A stretch of 64,000 bases of DNA, taken from IMG/VR virus record IMGVR_UViG_3300037237_000386, positions 1 to 64,000 of that record; one strand, 5' to 3'. Shown here in pieces: positions 39,006 through 48,953 of this stretch (the stretch's first letter is position 1; the number at the start of each line of letters is the position of its first letter). The notes below the pieces were generated by a model. The model worked only from the letters and a program-made list of their open reading frames with translations. It did no database searches and was not told where the DNA came from. The position numbers and the translations under genes are program-made. The stretch comes from a virus.

Positions 39006-39562
39006 AGGTCAGCCTGCACCTGACGGACGGGGGAGCGCACGTGGCGAAGGTGCCATTCAACGGGGCGGCGCACGTAGTCGTGCTCATCGCTTGCCCGGCT
39101 TGCAGCGCGGCGGCGCCCATCCTCGTCGCGATCTCGAGCCACGACCACGACACCTATTACGCGGACGCGCGTGCTCAACGGTCGCGCCCGGGTCTACTGA
39201 TGAAGACGTACGGGACCGTGAACGTGATGCGGCTGACGCAGAGGGCGCGGAGCAGGAAGCCTGACGTGTACGAGATGGTGCCGGCGCTCGCGCTCACCCC
39301 GACGGACAAGCCGTTGGTGGTGACGGAGCTGGAGCCCTTCACGGGCGAGGACCCGACGCCCGAGTACACGGTGACGCACGTGCCCACGGGGCAGGCCATC
39401 GGGCACTACAAGAACGCGAAGAAGGCGAAGGCAGCGCTCGAGGACTTGGTGCCGTTGACCGACTGGACGCGGTCGAAGGCGGAGATCAGCGCGGACGTCG
39501 CGCTCGGGGCGATGGTGCGGGCGGTGAAGAAGAAGCACGGAGACACGAAGGACGAGCGATGA
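39002..39562 (+). CDS. Hypothetical protein (possibly fused remnants)
   Basis: CPAC at the N-terminus; YTVTHVPTG at the C-terminus. Confidence 0.45.
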   Translation: MKVSLHLTDGGAHVAKVPFNGAAHVVVLIACPACSAAAPILVAISSHDHDTYYADARAQRSRPGLLMKTYGTVNVMRLTQRARSRKPDVYEMVPALALTPTDKPLVVTELEPFTGEDPTPEYTVTHVPTGQAIGHYKNAKKAKAALEDLVPLTDWTRSKAEISADVALGAMVRAVKKKHGDTKDER

Positions 39563-39627
39563 AGGCAGTCATCAGCAAGAGCATGGGCCGGCGCATCACG
39601 ATGGCGGCGGTGTGCAAGGAGTGAGTG

Positions 39628-39813
39628 ATGAAGTTTTACGTGTACGAGCTGCGTGATGACGCCGGGAAGCCGTTCTACGTCGGTAAGGGTTCCGGCAAGA
39701 GAATCGCCGCTCATCAGCGCCGAGCCCGAAAGGGTGACACGACACACCGGGCGAACAAGATTCGGAGCATTTGGCGCAAGATATCTGAGACGAAGCGGGG
39801 GGTGCGGTCGTGA
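39628..39813 (+). pseudogene. Truncated GIY-YIG endonuclease
   Basis: FYVYELRD...FYVGKGSGKR...H; ends before the catalytic Glu region. Confidence 0.65.
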
Positions 39814-41756
39814 TCGTCACTGCTGCATATTCTCCCGAGGACGACAAGATCCGCATGCGCGCGAGCGCCCGTCTCGACAAGGAGCTCTACGAGCGCGTGA
39901 AGGCGGCAGGCTTCCGCTGGGCACCGAAGCAGGACCTGTTCTTCACGGTGTGGGGGCCGGCGGCGGAGGATCTGGCCCTCGAGCTCGCGGGCGAGATCAC
40001 GGACGAGGACACGAGCCTCGTCGAACGGGCCGAGGAGCGCGCGGAGCGGTTCGAGGAGTACCAGGGCAAGAGGACGCACGAAGCGGAGCGCGCGCACGCC
40101 GCGGTCGCTGCCATCGCGGACAACATCCCCCTCGGGCAACCCATCCTCCGCGGACATCACTCGGAGCGGCACGCACGCCGGGACAAGGAGCGCATCGAGA
40201 CGGGGATGCGCAAGGCCATCAAGCTCTGGGACACGGCGAGCTACTGGCAGGACCGCGCGAAGGGCGCGCTCCGGCACGCGAAGTACAAGGAGCTGCCCGC
40301 GGTCCGGTACCGGCGCATCAAGACGTTGGAGGCCACCCGCCGCAAGTGCATGCGCAGCCGCGACGAGGCGATGACGCTCATCAAGTTGTGGGCGCCCGGG
40401 CTCGTCGACGACGGGATGACGCGCGAGCAGGCGCTCCGAATCGCCGGTGCAGGTCGGGGCTACGGCGTGTGGTCGGACCTCGACAAGGCGACCATCACGG
40501 TGCGCGAGGCGGCCGAGCGGCTGACGGCGAGCGGGACGCGCGCGTGCGAGCACTCGGAGCGGTGGATCGCGCACCTCGACAACCGGCTGGCCTACGAGAA
40601 GGCGATGCTGGGCGAGCAGGGGGATATCGTCGCGAGCAAGTTCGACATCGAGGTGGGCGGCCAGGTGCTGGGGCGATGGGGCTGGGCGGTCGTCCTGCGC
40701 GTGAACAAGAAGGACGGCAAGGTGCTGAGCTTCACGACGGCGGCGCGCTTCGCGGGCGTCATCGGCGTGGAGGAGGTGAAGGACTACAAGGCCCCGGAGC
40801 CCGGCGACGCGGAGAAGGTCAAGGCAGCCACGAAGCTCGGGCCGCTGGTGAACTACCCGGGCGAGGGGTTCCGGCACATCACGGCGGCCGAGTGGGCGCG
40901 GTTCTCGAAGTGGACCGACCAGGGGCGCGCGCATCGCGTGAAGGCGACGGAGAAGCACGGGGCGCACCGCCTGCGCATGGTCCCGAAGGAGGGCAGGCCC
41001 TACTACGACCAGGTGGGCGCCTACATCACGGACCAGAAGCGGGTGGACCCCCCTCCGCCCGAGGGAGGCGAGAAGGCATCGCTGCCGGCCCTGACAGCCC
41101 CGCCAGAGCGTCCGTTCGCCGGGACCAGGGAAAGGGCCCCGGACCCCGCCAAGGCGCTCAGGGAGGCGCTGAAGGCCGGCGTGCAGGTGGTCGTGGCGGA
41201 CCAGCTGTTCCCGACCCCGGAGCCACTGGCCCGGAGGATGGCGGAGGAGCTGGACGCGAGGAGTGGCGAGCGGGTGCTGGAGCCGAGCGCCGGCACGGGG
41301 AACCTCATCAGGGCGGTGTTCGCGCACTGGCAGGAGGCGCGCAAGGACGCGACCGAGCTCACGAAGCCCAGGGTGGACGCCGTCGAGGTGAACGCGCGAC
41401 TGGCGGACCAGTTGCGGCGGAGCTGGGGGAATAACGAAGTGTTCGTGAGCGAGGGCGACTTCCTCGAGATGGCGTTCCGCGAGGACTACGACTGCGTGAT
41501 CATGAACCCACCGTTCAAGAACGGGCAGGACATCGAGCACGTGAAGTGGGCGCTGAAGTTCCTGCGCCCTGGTGGAGTGCTCGTCGCGCTCGTGGCCAAC
41601 GGTCCGAAGCAGAACGCGAAGCTGCGTCCGCTCGCGGAGGCGAACGGGAGTTGGGAGGAGCTGCCGGAGGGGAGCTTCGCGGAGCAGGGGACGAACGTGC
41701 GGGTGGCGATGCTGGTCATCCGACTGGAAGCAGCGCGCGCCATGACGGGGGCATGA
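39810..41756 (+). CDS. DUF3560 domain fused to an N6-adenine-type methyltransferase
   Basis: IPLGQPILRGHHSERHARRD; FPTP, VLEPSAGTG, MNPPF. Confidence 0.85.
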   Translation: MIVTAAYSPEDDKIRMRASARLDKELYERVKAAGFRWAPKQDLFFTVWGPAAEDLALELAGEITDEDTSLVERAEERAERFEEYQGKRTHEAERAHAAVAAIADNIPLGQPILRGHHSERHARRDKERIETGMRKAIKLWDTASYWQDRAKGALRHAKYKELPAVRYRRIKTLEATRRKCMRSRDEAMTLIKLWAPGLVDDGMTREQALRIAGAGRGYGVWSDLDKATITVREAAERLTASGTRACEHSERWIAHLDNRLAYEKAMLGEQGDIVASKFDIEVGGQVLGRWGWAVVLRVNKKDGKVLSFTTAARFAGVIGVEEVKDYKAPEPGDAEKVKAATKLGPLVNYPGEGFRHITAAEWARFSKWTDQGRAHRVKATEKHGAHRLRMVPKEGRPYYDQVGAYITDQKRVDPPPPEGGEKASLPALTAPPERPFAGTRERAPDPAKALREALKAGVQVVVADQLFPTPEPLARRMAEELDARSGERVLEPSAGTGNLIRAVFAHWQEARKDATELTKPRVDAVEVNARLADQLRRSWGNNEVFVSEGDFLEMAFREDYDCVIMNPPFKNGQDIEHVKWALKFLRPGGVLVALVANGPKQNAKLRPLAEANGSWEELPEGSFAEQGTNVRVAMLVIRLEAARAMTGA

Positions 41757-42268
41757 CGCGAGGCGACTTCTTCCTGATGTGCGTGCAGACGGCGGTGCTG
41801 AGGACGAGCATCACCATGCACCAGGCGCTTTCGGTCCTCGGGGACGCGTCGCGCGTGCCGGAGGAGGCGCTCGGCACGATGGCCCCGGCGGAGGCGGCGA
41901 TGCACTTCGTGTACTGGACGCTCGCCAAGCAGCAGGGCAAGGAGGGCGAGCGAGGGCAGTGGAAGAAGCCCGAGTGGCTCGAGGCGTGGGAGGAGGGCAG
42001 GAAGAACCGCCGCCTCATTCGCGCGAACCCCGCCGCGGCCGGCGGCATGTGGTGGGCGAACGCGGAGGAGGTGCTGCTGAAGGTGACCGAGCAGGACGTC
42101 GAGGACGACGTCATCCCGTTCCCGAAGGAGTGCGTGCCGCTGATGACGAGCCGGCGCGAGCTCGTGGTCTCGACGGAGGGAGCGCGCCTCTTCGAGGCGT
42201 GGACGCAGACGATCCCGGGGCACGAGGAGGAGCCGTTCTTCTACGGCGACCCGCCGGGGGACGCGTGA
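41753..42268 (+). CDS. Hypothetical protein
   Basis: Coupled ORF. Confidence 0.5.
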   Translation: MTRGDFFLMCVQTAVLRTSITMHQALSVLGDASRVPEEALGTMAPAEAAMHFVYWTLAKQQGKEGERGQWKKPEWLEAWEEGRKNRRLIRANPAAAGGMWWANAEEVLLKVTEQDVEDDVIPFPKECVPLMTSRRELVVSTEGARLFEAWTQTIPGHEEEPFFYGDPPGDA

Positions 42269-42410
42269 GGCCGACACGTAAGCCGGGGACGGTGACGCTG
42301 GAGACGCGATGGAACTGCGACTGCTTCCACGCGCCCGAGGAGCACGGACCGGAGGGCTGCAACATCATGGGCGCAATGAGCGGCCCTTGTCCGTGCAAGA
42401 AGGCGAACCC

Positions 42411-42674
42411 GTGACGCTCCGCCTCGTCAAAGGCAACCGTCCGCCGCCGGAGTTGCCCACGGCGATGCGCCTGCACCGCGACGCGCTCAAGGCCCTGCTC
42501 GACGAGCGCGACTACCGGAAGGCGGAGGCCCTCGCGCGCGAGCTCAGGCAAGCCCCGGGCTTCCGCGAGGAGGGTGCGGCCATCATCGAGTGGGCCCGCC
42601 TGGCGAGCACGCGCGTGGTGGGCATCCCGAGCTACAGGCAGCCTTGGTGGGCGGGGCCTGCTATCGGTCCGTGA
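42411..42674 (+). CDS. Hypothetical protein
   Basis: Coupled ORF. Confidence 0.45.
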   Translation: MTLRLVKGNRPPPELPTAMRLHRDALKALLDERDYRKAEALARELRQAPGFREEGAAIIEWARLASTRVVGIPSYRQPWWAGPAIGP

Positions 42675-42982
42675 CCATACCCGCCGTCCCTTGCAACGAC
42701 TGCGCGCAGGACCGCGACTGCTACGCGAAGCACCTCGTCACCTGGGACGTCGCCTCGTGCCACGACGTGCCGGCGGACCACACGTGGCTGCCCATCGCAC
42801 GGAGCGAGGCGCAGGTGCATCGGTGGTGGGCGCACGGCGTCGCCTGGGCGCTCTACGCACGAACCCCGAGGGCGTCGTGAAGACGGGACACATGGCGTGC
42901 CTCTCGGCGTTGCGCGGGGAGCTCAAGAAGTAAGGGGCTGGCTTCACCCGAGGGTCCGGCGTTACGTTGATCGGGATCGGGC

Positions 42983-43642
42983 ATGAGGCGCAAGAAGACC
43001 AGCACGAAGGACGTGGCCCCGGAGCCGCGGGAGCGAGGGCGCGCGAAGGGGCACGACCCGACGCGACCCATCGGCCCGGGCAATCCACCGAACCCCGCCA
43101 CGGCGGTTGTGTGGACGGCTGAGGAGGACGCGCGCCAGCTCGAGATCGTGCAGGAGCTTTGGCTGCAGTACGGCACACGCCAGCAGATCAGGAACGCGTT
43201 GCGGGGCGAGTTCCCGACCATCCACGACAACCGGGTGGGGGAACTGTTCAAGCGGGTGCGCGAGCTCGCCGTCACCCAGGGCGAGGACGACCGCAAGCAC
43301 GCGCGGGAGCTCGCCATCAACGCGGCGAAGCGGACCATCACGAGCATCGACGTGCAGATCGCGGAGGCGAAGAAGAAGGGCAAGCCGTTTCGCGGTTGGA
43401 TACAGACGAAGCTCGCGTGGTGCCGGCACCTCGCGGACATCGAGGGGACCAGAGCACCGCTCGACGTGAACGTGCACGTGAACGTGGACCTGAGCGTCAC
43501 GGTGCAAGCCATCATGGCGACGATGACGGCGGACCAGGTGGCGGAGATCGTCGAGGAGGAGCGGCGCCGGGACGAGATCGTGATGAACGCGGAGCCCAGG
43601 TTGCTGAGCGAGCACTCGCGCCCGGACGGGAGCGCGGAGTGA
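42983..43642 (+). CDS. Terminase small subunit candidate
   Basis: Basic N-terminus, helical core, LDVNVHVNVD tail; upstream of TerL. Confidence 0.45.
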   Translation: MRRKKTSTKDVAPEPRERGRAKGHDPTRPIGPGNPPNPATAVVWTAEEDARQLEIVQELWLQYGTRQQIRNALRGEFPTIHDNRVGELFKRVRELAVTQGEDDRKHARELAINAAKRTITSIDVQIAEAKKKGKPFRGWIQTKLAWCRHLADIEGTRAPLDVNVHVNVDLSVTVQAIMATMTADQVAEIVEEERRRDEIVMNAEPRLLSEHSRPDGSAE

Positions 43643-44016
43643 AGCGGCGTAAGCTCTGCGTGGGCACGAGGGAGCGCGACCTCGAAGGCCTGGTCAGCAA
43701 CCAGGTGGTCACGGACGTAGAGCGCCGGCTGAAGCTGGGCGAGGAGTTCTGGAGAGCGCTCAAGGGAGCCCTGGTCACGGCGATGGGCGCGACGCGCGAG
43801 GGGGGTGTCAGCGTGGAGCGCCGGGGTCCTCAGGGTGCGGTGGGCGTCGAGGAGGGCATCCCGCGGGTGCTCTGCCTGCTGAGTGTCCAGGGTGGCAACG
43901 TGACGGTGCGAGCGGGGCTCGAGCTCGTGCCGGGCAAGGAGCGCACGAGGCCGGGGACGGTGACGAGCATGGTGGGTCGGAGTCGGGGGAAACCCGGGTT
44001 TCCCCCAAAGCAGTGA
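43639..44016 (+). CDS. Hypothetical protein
   Basis: Coupled ORF. Confidence 0.45.
   Translation: MKRRKLCVGTRERDLEGLVSNQVVTDVERRLKLGEEFWRALKGALVTAMGATREGGVSVERRGPQGAVGVEEGIPRVLCLLSVQGGNVTVRAGLELVPGKERTRPGTVTSMVGRSRGKPGFPPKQ
43988..44003. repeat. 16-bp palindrome, copy 8
   Basis: Exact; flanked by G5/C5. Confidence 0.95.
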
Positions 44017-44032
44017 ACCGAAGGAGGCAGTG

Positions 44033-44299
44033 ATGGACGACGACAAGATCGTGTTGGGTGGTGTGGAGCACAACTTGGTGGACGTGATGCGGGCGGTGGG
44101 CGCGCAGCTTGCGGCGAGGAGGAAGCAGAACGCGGGCAGCATCGGGATGTCCAAGGTGAAGGTGGAGCAGTCGGTGACGGTGCGGCTGTCGGAGTGTGAC
44201 GACGCCGTGCTGGCGGTGAAGGTGCAGCTCGTCGACGACTACCCGCCGAACGTCGGTCCGATCTGCTTCGCGACGAGGCCCGTCGAAGCGCGAGCCTGA
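44033..44299 (+). CDS. Hypothetical protein
   Basis: RBS AAGGAGG. Confidence 0.55.
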   Translation: MDDDKIVLGGVEHNLVDVMRAVGAQLAARRKQNAGSIGMSKVKVEQSVTVRLSECDDAVLAVKVQLVDDYPPNVGPICFATRPVEARA

Positions 44300-44303
44300 G
44301 ACG

Positions 44304-45956
44304 ATGCCCACGGGCGAGGAGCTGCTGAAGGGGGACGACGCAGCCGCGGTCAAAGCGGTGACGAAGCGCCTCCTCGCCCGGGCTGCGGCCGCACGTCACG
44401 ACTTCAAAGCCTTCTTCGAGTTCGTGATGGAGGAGGAGAAGACGAAGGAGCGCGTGACCATGGCGGCGCATCAGCGCGTCGCCTCGGACTTCATGCTCGA
44501 CCATCGACGCGCGGTGCTGATGATGCCCCGCGAGCATTCCAAGAGCTTCCTCATCGTCGCCCTCTTGCTCTGGCTCATCGGCCAGGACCAGAACTTCCGC
44601 GGCGCCATCGTCAGCGCGACCGAGGGCCAGGCGGCCAAGATGGTGCGGGCGGTCGCGGACTACATCATGTACTCGGCACGGCTCCGTCTCGTGTTCCCGC
44701 ACCTGCGCCCGAGCCAGCGCAGCAACGAGAAGTGGACGCAGACAGCCATCACCATCGACCGCCCGCACGGCACGCGCGATCCCACGCTCGTCGCCTTGGG
44801 CCTCCTCGGCGCCGTCCTCGGAGCTCGCCTCAAGGTCGTGGTCGTCGACGACATCCTCACGCAGGAGAACACCGCGACCGAGGAGCAGCGGCGGAAGACA
44901 ATCGAGTGGATCGATGGCAGCGTGCTCGGCACCCTCGACAAGAAGGGCGACTCACGGGCCTACCTCGTGGGTACGGCGTGGCACCCGGCGGACCTCCTGC
45001 ACGAGGCGACGCGCAAGGGCTGGGCGACACTCAAGATGAACATCGTGGGCGACGTCTTCGTGCAGGACGACGAGGACGAGACGAACCGCATCGGCAACGA
45101 CAACGCGGACTGCTGGGACCACGAGGAGCTGCGCCTCGGCAAGCATCCGTACCTGCGGCTCAAGAGCCACGATCCAGATCCGAAGGACGAGGTGCTGCTC
45201 TGGCCCGAGGTGTTCGGCAATCAGAAGGATCTGGCGAAGCTCCGGCGCTCCAAGCTGCCGACCGTCTTCCAGCAGATGTACATGATGATCGCTCGCGACC
45301 AGGCGAGCGCGCTGTTCCAGGACGAGTGGTTCCGCACGTGCATGAAGAAGGCGCGCGAGGCGGGCGTCTATCGGCTCGTCGACAAGTACGAGGGGCCGGA
45401 GCTCGTGTTCGTGGGCGTCGACCTCGGCATCGAGGTGGGCGAGCACAACGACGACACGAGCTACTTCACGTTCATGGTGCTGCAGAGCGGGCACCGGGTC
45501 ATCCTCGACATCGAGTTCGGCAAGTTCGACGGGGCGCAGAAGGTGCAGAAGGTCATCGAGAAGTGCCAGCGCTACAACGCCGCCTGCTGCATCGTGGAGA
45601 GCAACGGCGGGCAGAAGCTCCTCGCAGAGTGGGCCCTCGACAAGAACATCAGCTTGCCGGTGAAGGCGGTGCAGACGACAGCCGCCAAGGCGCACCCGGA
45701 GCGAGGCATCCCGGGCCTGGCGCTCGAGTTCTACAACGGCGCGTGGATGGTCCCGAACGACGAGCATGGCCAGGAGGACGAGCGCGTGGCGCGGTTCCAT
45801 TCGGAGTGCATCAACTACGTTCCCGACAAGCACACGGGCGACGTGCTCATGTCCGCTTGGCTCGCGTTCGAGGGAGCGAGGCAGTGGGGCATCGGCACGG
45901 GGGCCCAGGCGGTCAACGACGGGAGCGCGGGACTCGCGAGCTTCATGGACCGCTGA
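44304..45956 (+). CDS. terL: Terminase large subunit
   Basis: PREHSKS, VVVDDI, GTAWHPADL, FVGVDLG nuclease, HTGDVLMS. Confidence 0.88.
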   Translation: MPTGEELLKGDDAAAVKAVTKRLLARAAAARHDFKAFFEFVMEEEKTKERVTMAAHQRVASDFMLDHRRAVLMMPREHSKSFLIVALLLWLIGQDQNFRGAIVSATEGQAAKMVRAVADYIMYSARLRLVFPHLRPSQRSNEKWTQTAITIDRPHGTRDPTLVALGLLGAVLGARLKVVVVDDILTQENTATEEQRRKTIEWIDGSVLGTLDKKGDSRAYLVGTAWHPADLLHEATRKGWATLKMNIVGDVFVQDDEDETNRIGNDNADCWDHEELRLGKHPYLRLKSHDPDPKDEVLLWPEVFGNQKDLAKLRRSKLPTVFQQMYMMIARDQASALFQDEWFRTCMKKAREAGVYRLVDKYEGPELVFVGVDLGIEVGEHNDDTSYFTFMVLQSGHRVILDIEFGKFDGAQKVQKVIEKCQRYNAACCIVESNGGQKLLAEWALDKNISLPVKAVQTTAAKAHPERGIPGLALEFYNGAWMVPNDEHGQEDERVARFHSECINYVPDKHTGDVLMSAWLAFEGARQWGIGTGAQAVNDGSAGLASFMDR

Positions 45957-46086
45957 AGCGCGGCATGACGCGGAGCATGGCTGTCATCTCGGAGAAGCTG
46001 AAGGAGCGGTACGGGTGGGTCACGCAGGAGATGTTCACGGAGAAGCTGGGGAGCATCCACACGCGCATGAAGAAGGCGAGGGGCTG

Positions 46087-46272
46087 ATGGTGGCGACACC
46101 GGAGCAGATGCTGCAGAACATCGAGAAGCTGGAGCGCATGAAGGACACGATGACGCGGGAGGCGAAGAAGTGGGTCGCCTACCTCGCGTCGCTGCCGAAC
46201 GACGAGGAGCGCGCGAAGGAGCTCACCCGGAAGTTCCTCGAGGTGGCGCTGGAGGCGCGCATCGACCGATGA
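46087..46272 (+). CDS. Small hypothetical protein
   Basis: Coupled ORF. Confidence 0.45.
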   Translation: MVATPEQMLQNIEKLERMKDTMTREAKKWVAYLASLPNDEERAKELTRKFLEVALEARIDR

Positions 46273-46754
46273 AGCCCGAGGACGAGTACGTGGCGATGGC
46301 CATCGCGCAGGCGCTGGACCGAGATGCAGAGGAGCGGTTCACCAGGTTCCTCAGCCGGCGTTCCGTGGCCGAGCAGAACGCCGCGAAGCTCGCGCAGAAG
46401 CACCACGAGGAGCTCATCGCGAACATCACGAGCCTGTTCCAGGAGACGGCACCCGGACAGATCGCACGAAGGACGCGGTAGCGAGGAAGGCCACGGAGGC
46501 GTTCGACGCCGCAGCCAAGACGTACGAGGGCAAGGAGGAGGCGAAGGACGTCATGCGCGCGAAGGAGAGCGCGATGGCAGCCATCTCGGAGGGGGCCGCG
46601 TACGGCAACGGCTTGAGCGTCGAGGCGAACGGCTCGCGCTCGCAGGGGTACGTGAGCCTGAACCTCACCGTGAAGGGCGTGCAGCTCGCCCTCGACGAGG
46701 CCCCGCCCGCGCCCCCGGCGACGTGAGGCCCCGCGTCGCGCTAAGCTGGTCCCC

Positions 46755-47213
46755 ATGAACGGCAACCCGGTGGACCAGCTCAGCGACGACGCGATGGCGG
46801 CCAGCAAGGCGGCGCAGGCCAGCCACACCCCGGCGCTCCATCAGGACGCCAGCAAGAAGCACCAGGCGGCGCACATCGGCGCGCTCTCGGGCAACCGACC
46901 GAGCCTCGCTCAGCACCACCTGCAGCAAGCCGCCCTGCACGACCGGCACGGCGACCCCACGACGCCCGAGGGCAAGACGACGGTGGCTCACCAGGCGAGC
47001 GCCATCGCGAACGCGAGCGGCAAGGCCCCGGACCACGAGGCGGCGGCCAACGCGCACGGGGAGGCGGCCGATGCGCGTTGGCAGGACGGTAACGGCAAGC
47101 TCGGGTTCGGCCATCAGGAGAAGCAGCACGAGCACCGGATGAAGGCCGAGCGCATCAAGAATCCGCCCCCGGGCAGCCGGCAGATGGACGGTCCCGGCCC
47201 GATGCCGGGCTGA
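46755..47213 (+). CDS. His/Ala-rich helical protein (leaderless)
   Basis: TAAGCT-N7-ATG; repeated HxxAAxxH. Confidence 0.6.
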   Translation: MNGNPVDQLSDDAMAASKAAQASHTPALHQDASKKHQAAHIGALSGNRPSLAQHHLQQAALHDRHGDPTTPEGKTTVAHQASAIANASGKAPDHEAAANAHGEAADARWQDGNGKLGFGHQEKQHEHRMKAERIKNPPPGSRQMDGPGPMPG

Positions 47214-47215
47214 GC

Positions 47216-47611
47216 GTGCAGTTCGATCCCGCATCCGTCGCGGCGCTGCAGGCGACGCTCCTCGCGCGGGCGGTGGCGCAGCAGTTCGCGTTCACGACGA
47301 CGGCCACGGCGCAGCTGTACATCCAGCACTACGCCGTGAGCGCGCCGAGGCCGGTCTCGAGCTCGCGCGTGATCATCACGTGGAGTGCGGTCTATCGGAG
47401 CCCGACGAGCACCGTCTATCAGCCGGACGGCAAGAGCGTGGCCTACGTCACGGGAGGCGTGGAGCGGGGCTTCGGTCCGGAGAGCATCGTGGTGGACGCG
47501 GCGCAGCAGCTCGTCGGCCAGGGCCTCCTCCTGCAGCACGCCAAGGCGTGCTTCGACCAGCATGACCAGCGCATGAAGAACGTGGGCCTGGTGCCGCAGC
47601 GACTGCCCTGA
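47216..47611 (+). CDS. Hypothetical protein
   Basis: Stop abuts a palindrome. Confidence 0.5.
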   Translation: MQFDPASVAALQATLLARAVAQQFAFTTTATAQLYIQHYAVSAPRPVSSSRVIITWSAVYRSPTSTVYQPDGKSVAYVTGGVERGFGPESIVVDAAQQLVGQGLLLQHAKACFDQHDQRMKNVGLVPQRLP

Positions 47612-47613
47612 GG

Positions 47614-47629
47614 GGAAACCCGGGTTTCC
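47614..47629. repeat. 16-bp palindrome, copy 9
   Basis: Exact; 8 nt before CATGAC-N7-ATG(47651). Confidence 0.95.
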
Positions 47630-47650
47630 TCCGGCGGCATGACGCCCGGC

Positions 47651-47911
47651 ATGGCTGAGGACTGTCAGCACGGGGACGTGCAGCGGGAGGTGGTCAACGC
47701 GGGAGGCGAGCGCACGTGCGTGTGGTGCGAGGTGGCGCGCCTTCGAAGGGAGCTCGCGCTCGTCCACGGGGACAGAGCCATCTTCGAGCAGCGAGCCGGT
47801 GACGCGGAGCGGGAGCTCACAGCCACGAAGCGAATGCTTGGCCAGGAGATCGCGGCGCGCGCGAGGGCGGAGCAGCGCGCCAATGATGCGGAGAGGAGGA
47901 CGACGCGATGA
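47651..47911 (+). CDS. Hypothetical protein
   Basis: Leaderless geometry; CQH...CVWC plus coiled coil. Confidence 0.5.
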   Translation: MAEDCQHGDVQREVVNAGGERTCVWCEVARLRRELALVHGDRAIFEQRAGDAERELTATKRMLGQEIAARARAEQRANDAERRTTR

Positions 47912-48071
47912 GCCGGTCGAACAAGGCGAGGCACGGGACTGAGTGCAAGACGCGGAAGGACACGATGTACGCGGCGAGGTGCCAGGCCCGTGCGAGGGCG
48001 AAGCGTAAGCAGCGGGAGCATCAGCAGGACAGGGCGAAGGCCAAGCGACAGGAAGCGCGAGAGGTTGGTCG

Positions 48072-48335
48072 ATGAGCTGGTGGGAGTGGTGCTCGAGGGT
48101 GGTCGCGGGGGTGGCGCTGATTCTGTTCATCGCGGAGCTGCGCCGCCGCGCGAAGGCCAAGGGGTACGCCGAGGGCTACGCGAAGGGCATGGCGGACGAG
48201 CAGGTGCTGCGCGCCCAGGGGGTGCCCATCGGGGTCACGATGCGTGTGCTCCCGGGCAAGGAGACGGTCGCGGACAAGGAGGCGGAGCTCCGCATGCACG
48301 CGGGTTTGCCGCCGAAGAAGGAGAGGACCAATTGA
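48072..48335 (+). CDS. Small membrane protein
   Basis: N-terminal TM helix. Confidence 0.5.
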   Translation: MSWWEWCSRVVAGVALILFIAELRRRAKAKGYAEGYAKGMADEQVLRAQGVPIGVTMRVLPGKETVADKEAELRMHAGLPPKKERTN

Positions 48336-48667
48336 AGTCGCTGCTGGAGTTCAAGTGCGAGGACAGGATCGGGACGAACCCGGACGTGGCGGCAAGCATC
48401 GTGTGGCACGTCGTGAAGAAGGCGGGCGACCAGAAGCTGCACGTGACGGAGGTGCGCATCGCGATCAGGAGCGTGTTCGTGGAGATCGAAGTGCCCGACG
48501 AGCTCTCGCGGTTCGACGCGGACGCGTACTCGAGGGTCGTCGGCGAGCAGTTGAAGGACGCGGTAGTGGAGGGGGCGAGGGTGGCGACGACACTCTCAAG
48601 GCGGACCGATGAAGGCCGGGGTGAGGCGATTTTGGTGGGTCATGCAACATCGTCGCCCATCCGCTGA
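48332..48667 (+). CDS. Hypothetical protein
   Basis: TTGA coupling; RBS GAGG. Confidence 0.45.
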   Translation: MKSLLEFKCEDRIGTNPDVAASIVWHVVKKAGDQKLHVTEVRIAIRSVFVEIEVPDELSRFDADAYSRVVGEQLKDAVVEGARVATTLSRRTDEGRGEAILVGHATSSPIR

Positions 48668-48725
48668 TGGTGGTGTGGCCTCGGGTGGGCGAGAGGCTTC
48701 ACGAGTGGACCGGACGGAGGATGTG

Positions 48726-48917
48726 ATGGCTGAAGAAAAGTACCCGTGTCCGTGTGGCCGTGCACCGTTCGGGCAACCCATCATGGTGCCGTGTCGGTGT
48801 GGCGCGAACTGGTGTGAGGCTTGTGCTCACACGAAGTGCCACGTCGATCCACCCGTCGCCGGTACGACGATCCCGAACGGCGGTGACTGGCGAGGGGCAG
48901 CCGGAGGCCCGTTTTGA
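48726..48917 (+). CDS. Small Cys-rich Zn-finger protein
   Basis: CPCG, CRCG, CEAC; RBS GGAGG. Confidence 0.5.
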   Translation: MAEEKYPCPCGRAPFGQPIMVPCRCGANWCEACAHTKCHVDPPVAGTTIPNGGDWRGAAGGPF

Positions 48918-48953
48918 CACTCGGCATTGTGCGCGCGGCGTGAGGGAGAGACC

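Noticed and set aside
46460-46726. Coding-like frame TKDAVARKATEAFD...
   Set aside because: No clear start codon or RBS; likely a truncated remnant or indel, so not called as a gene
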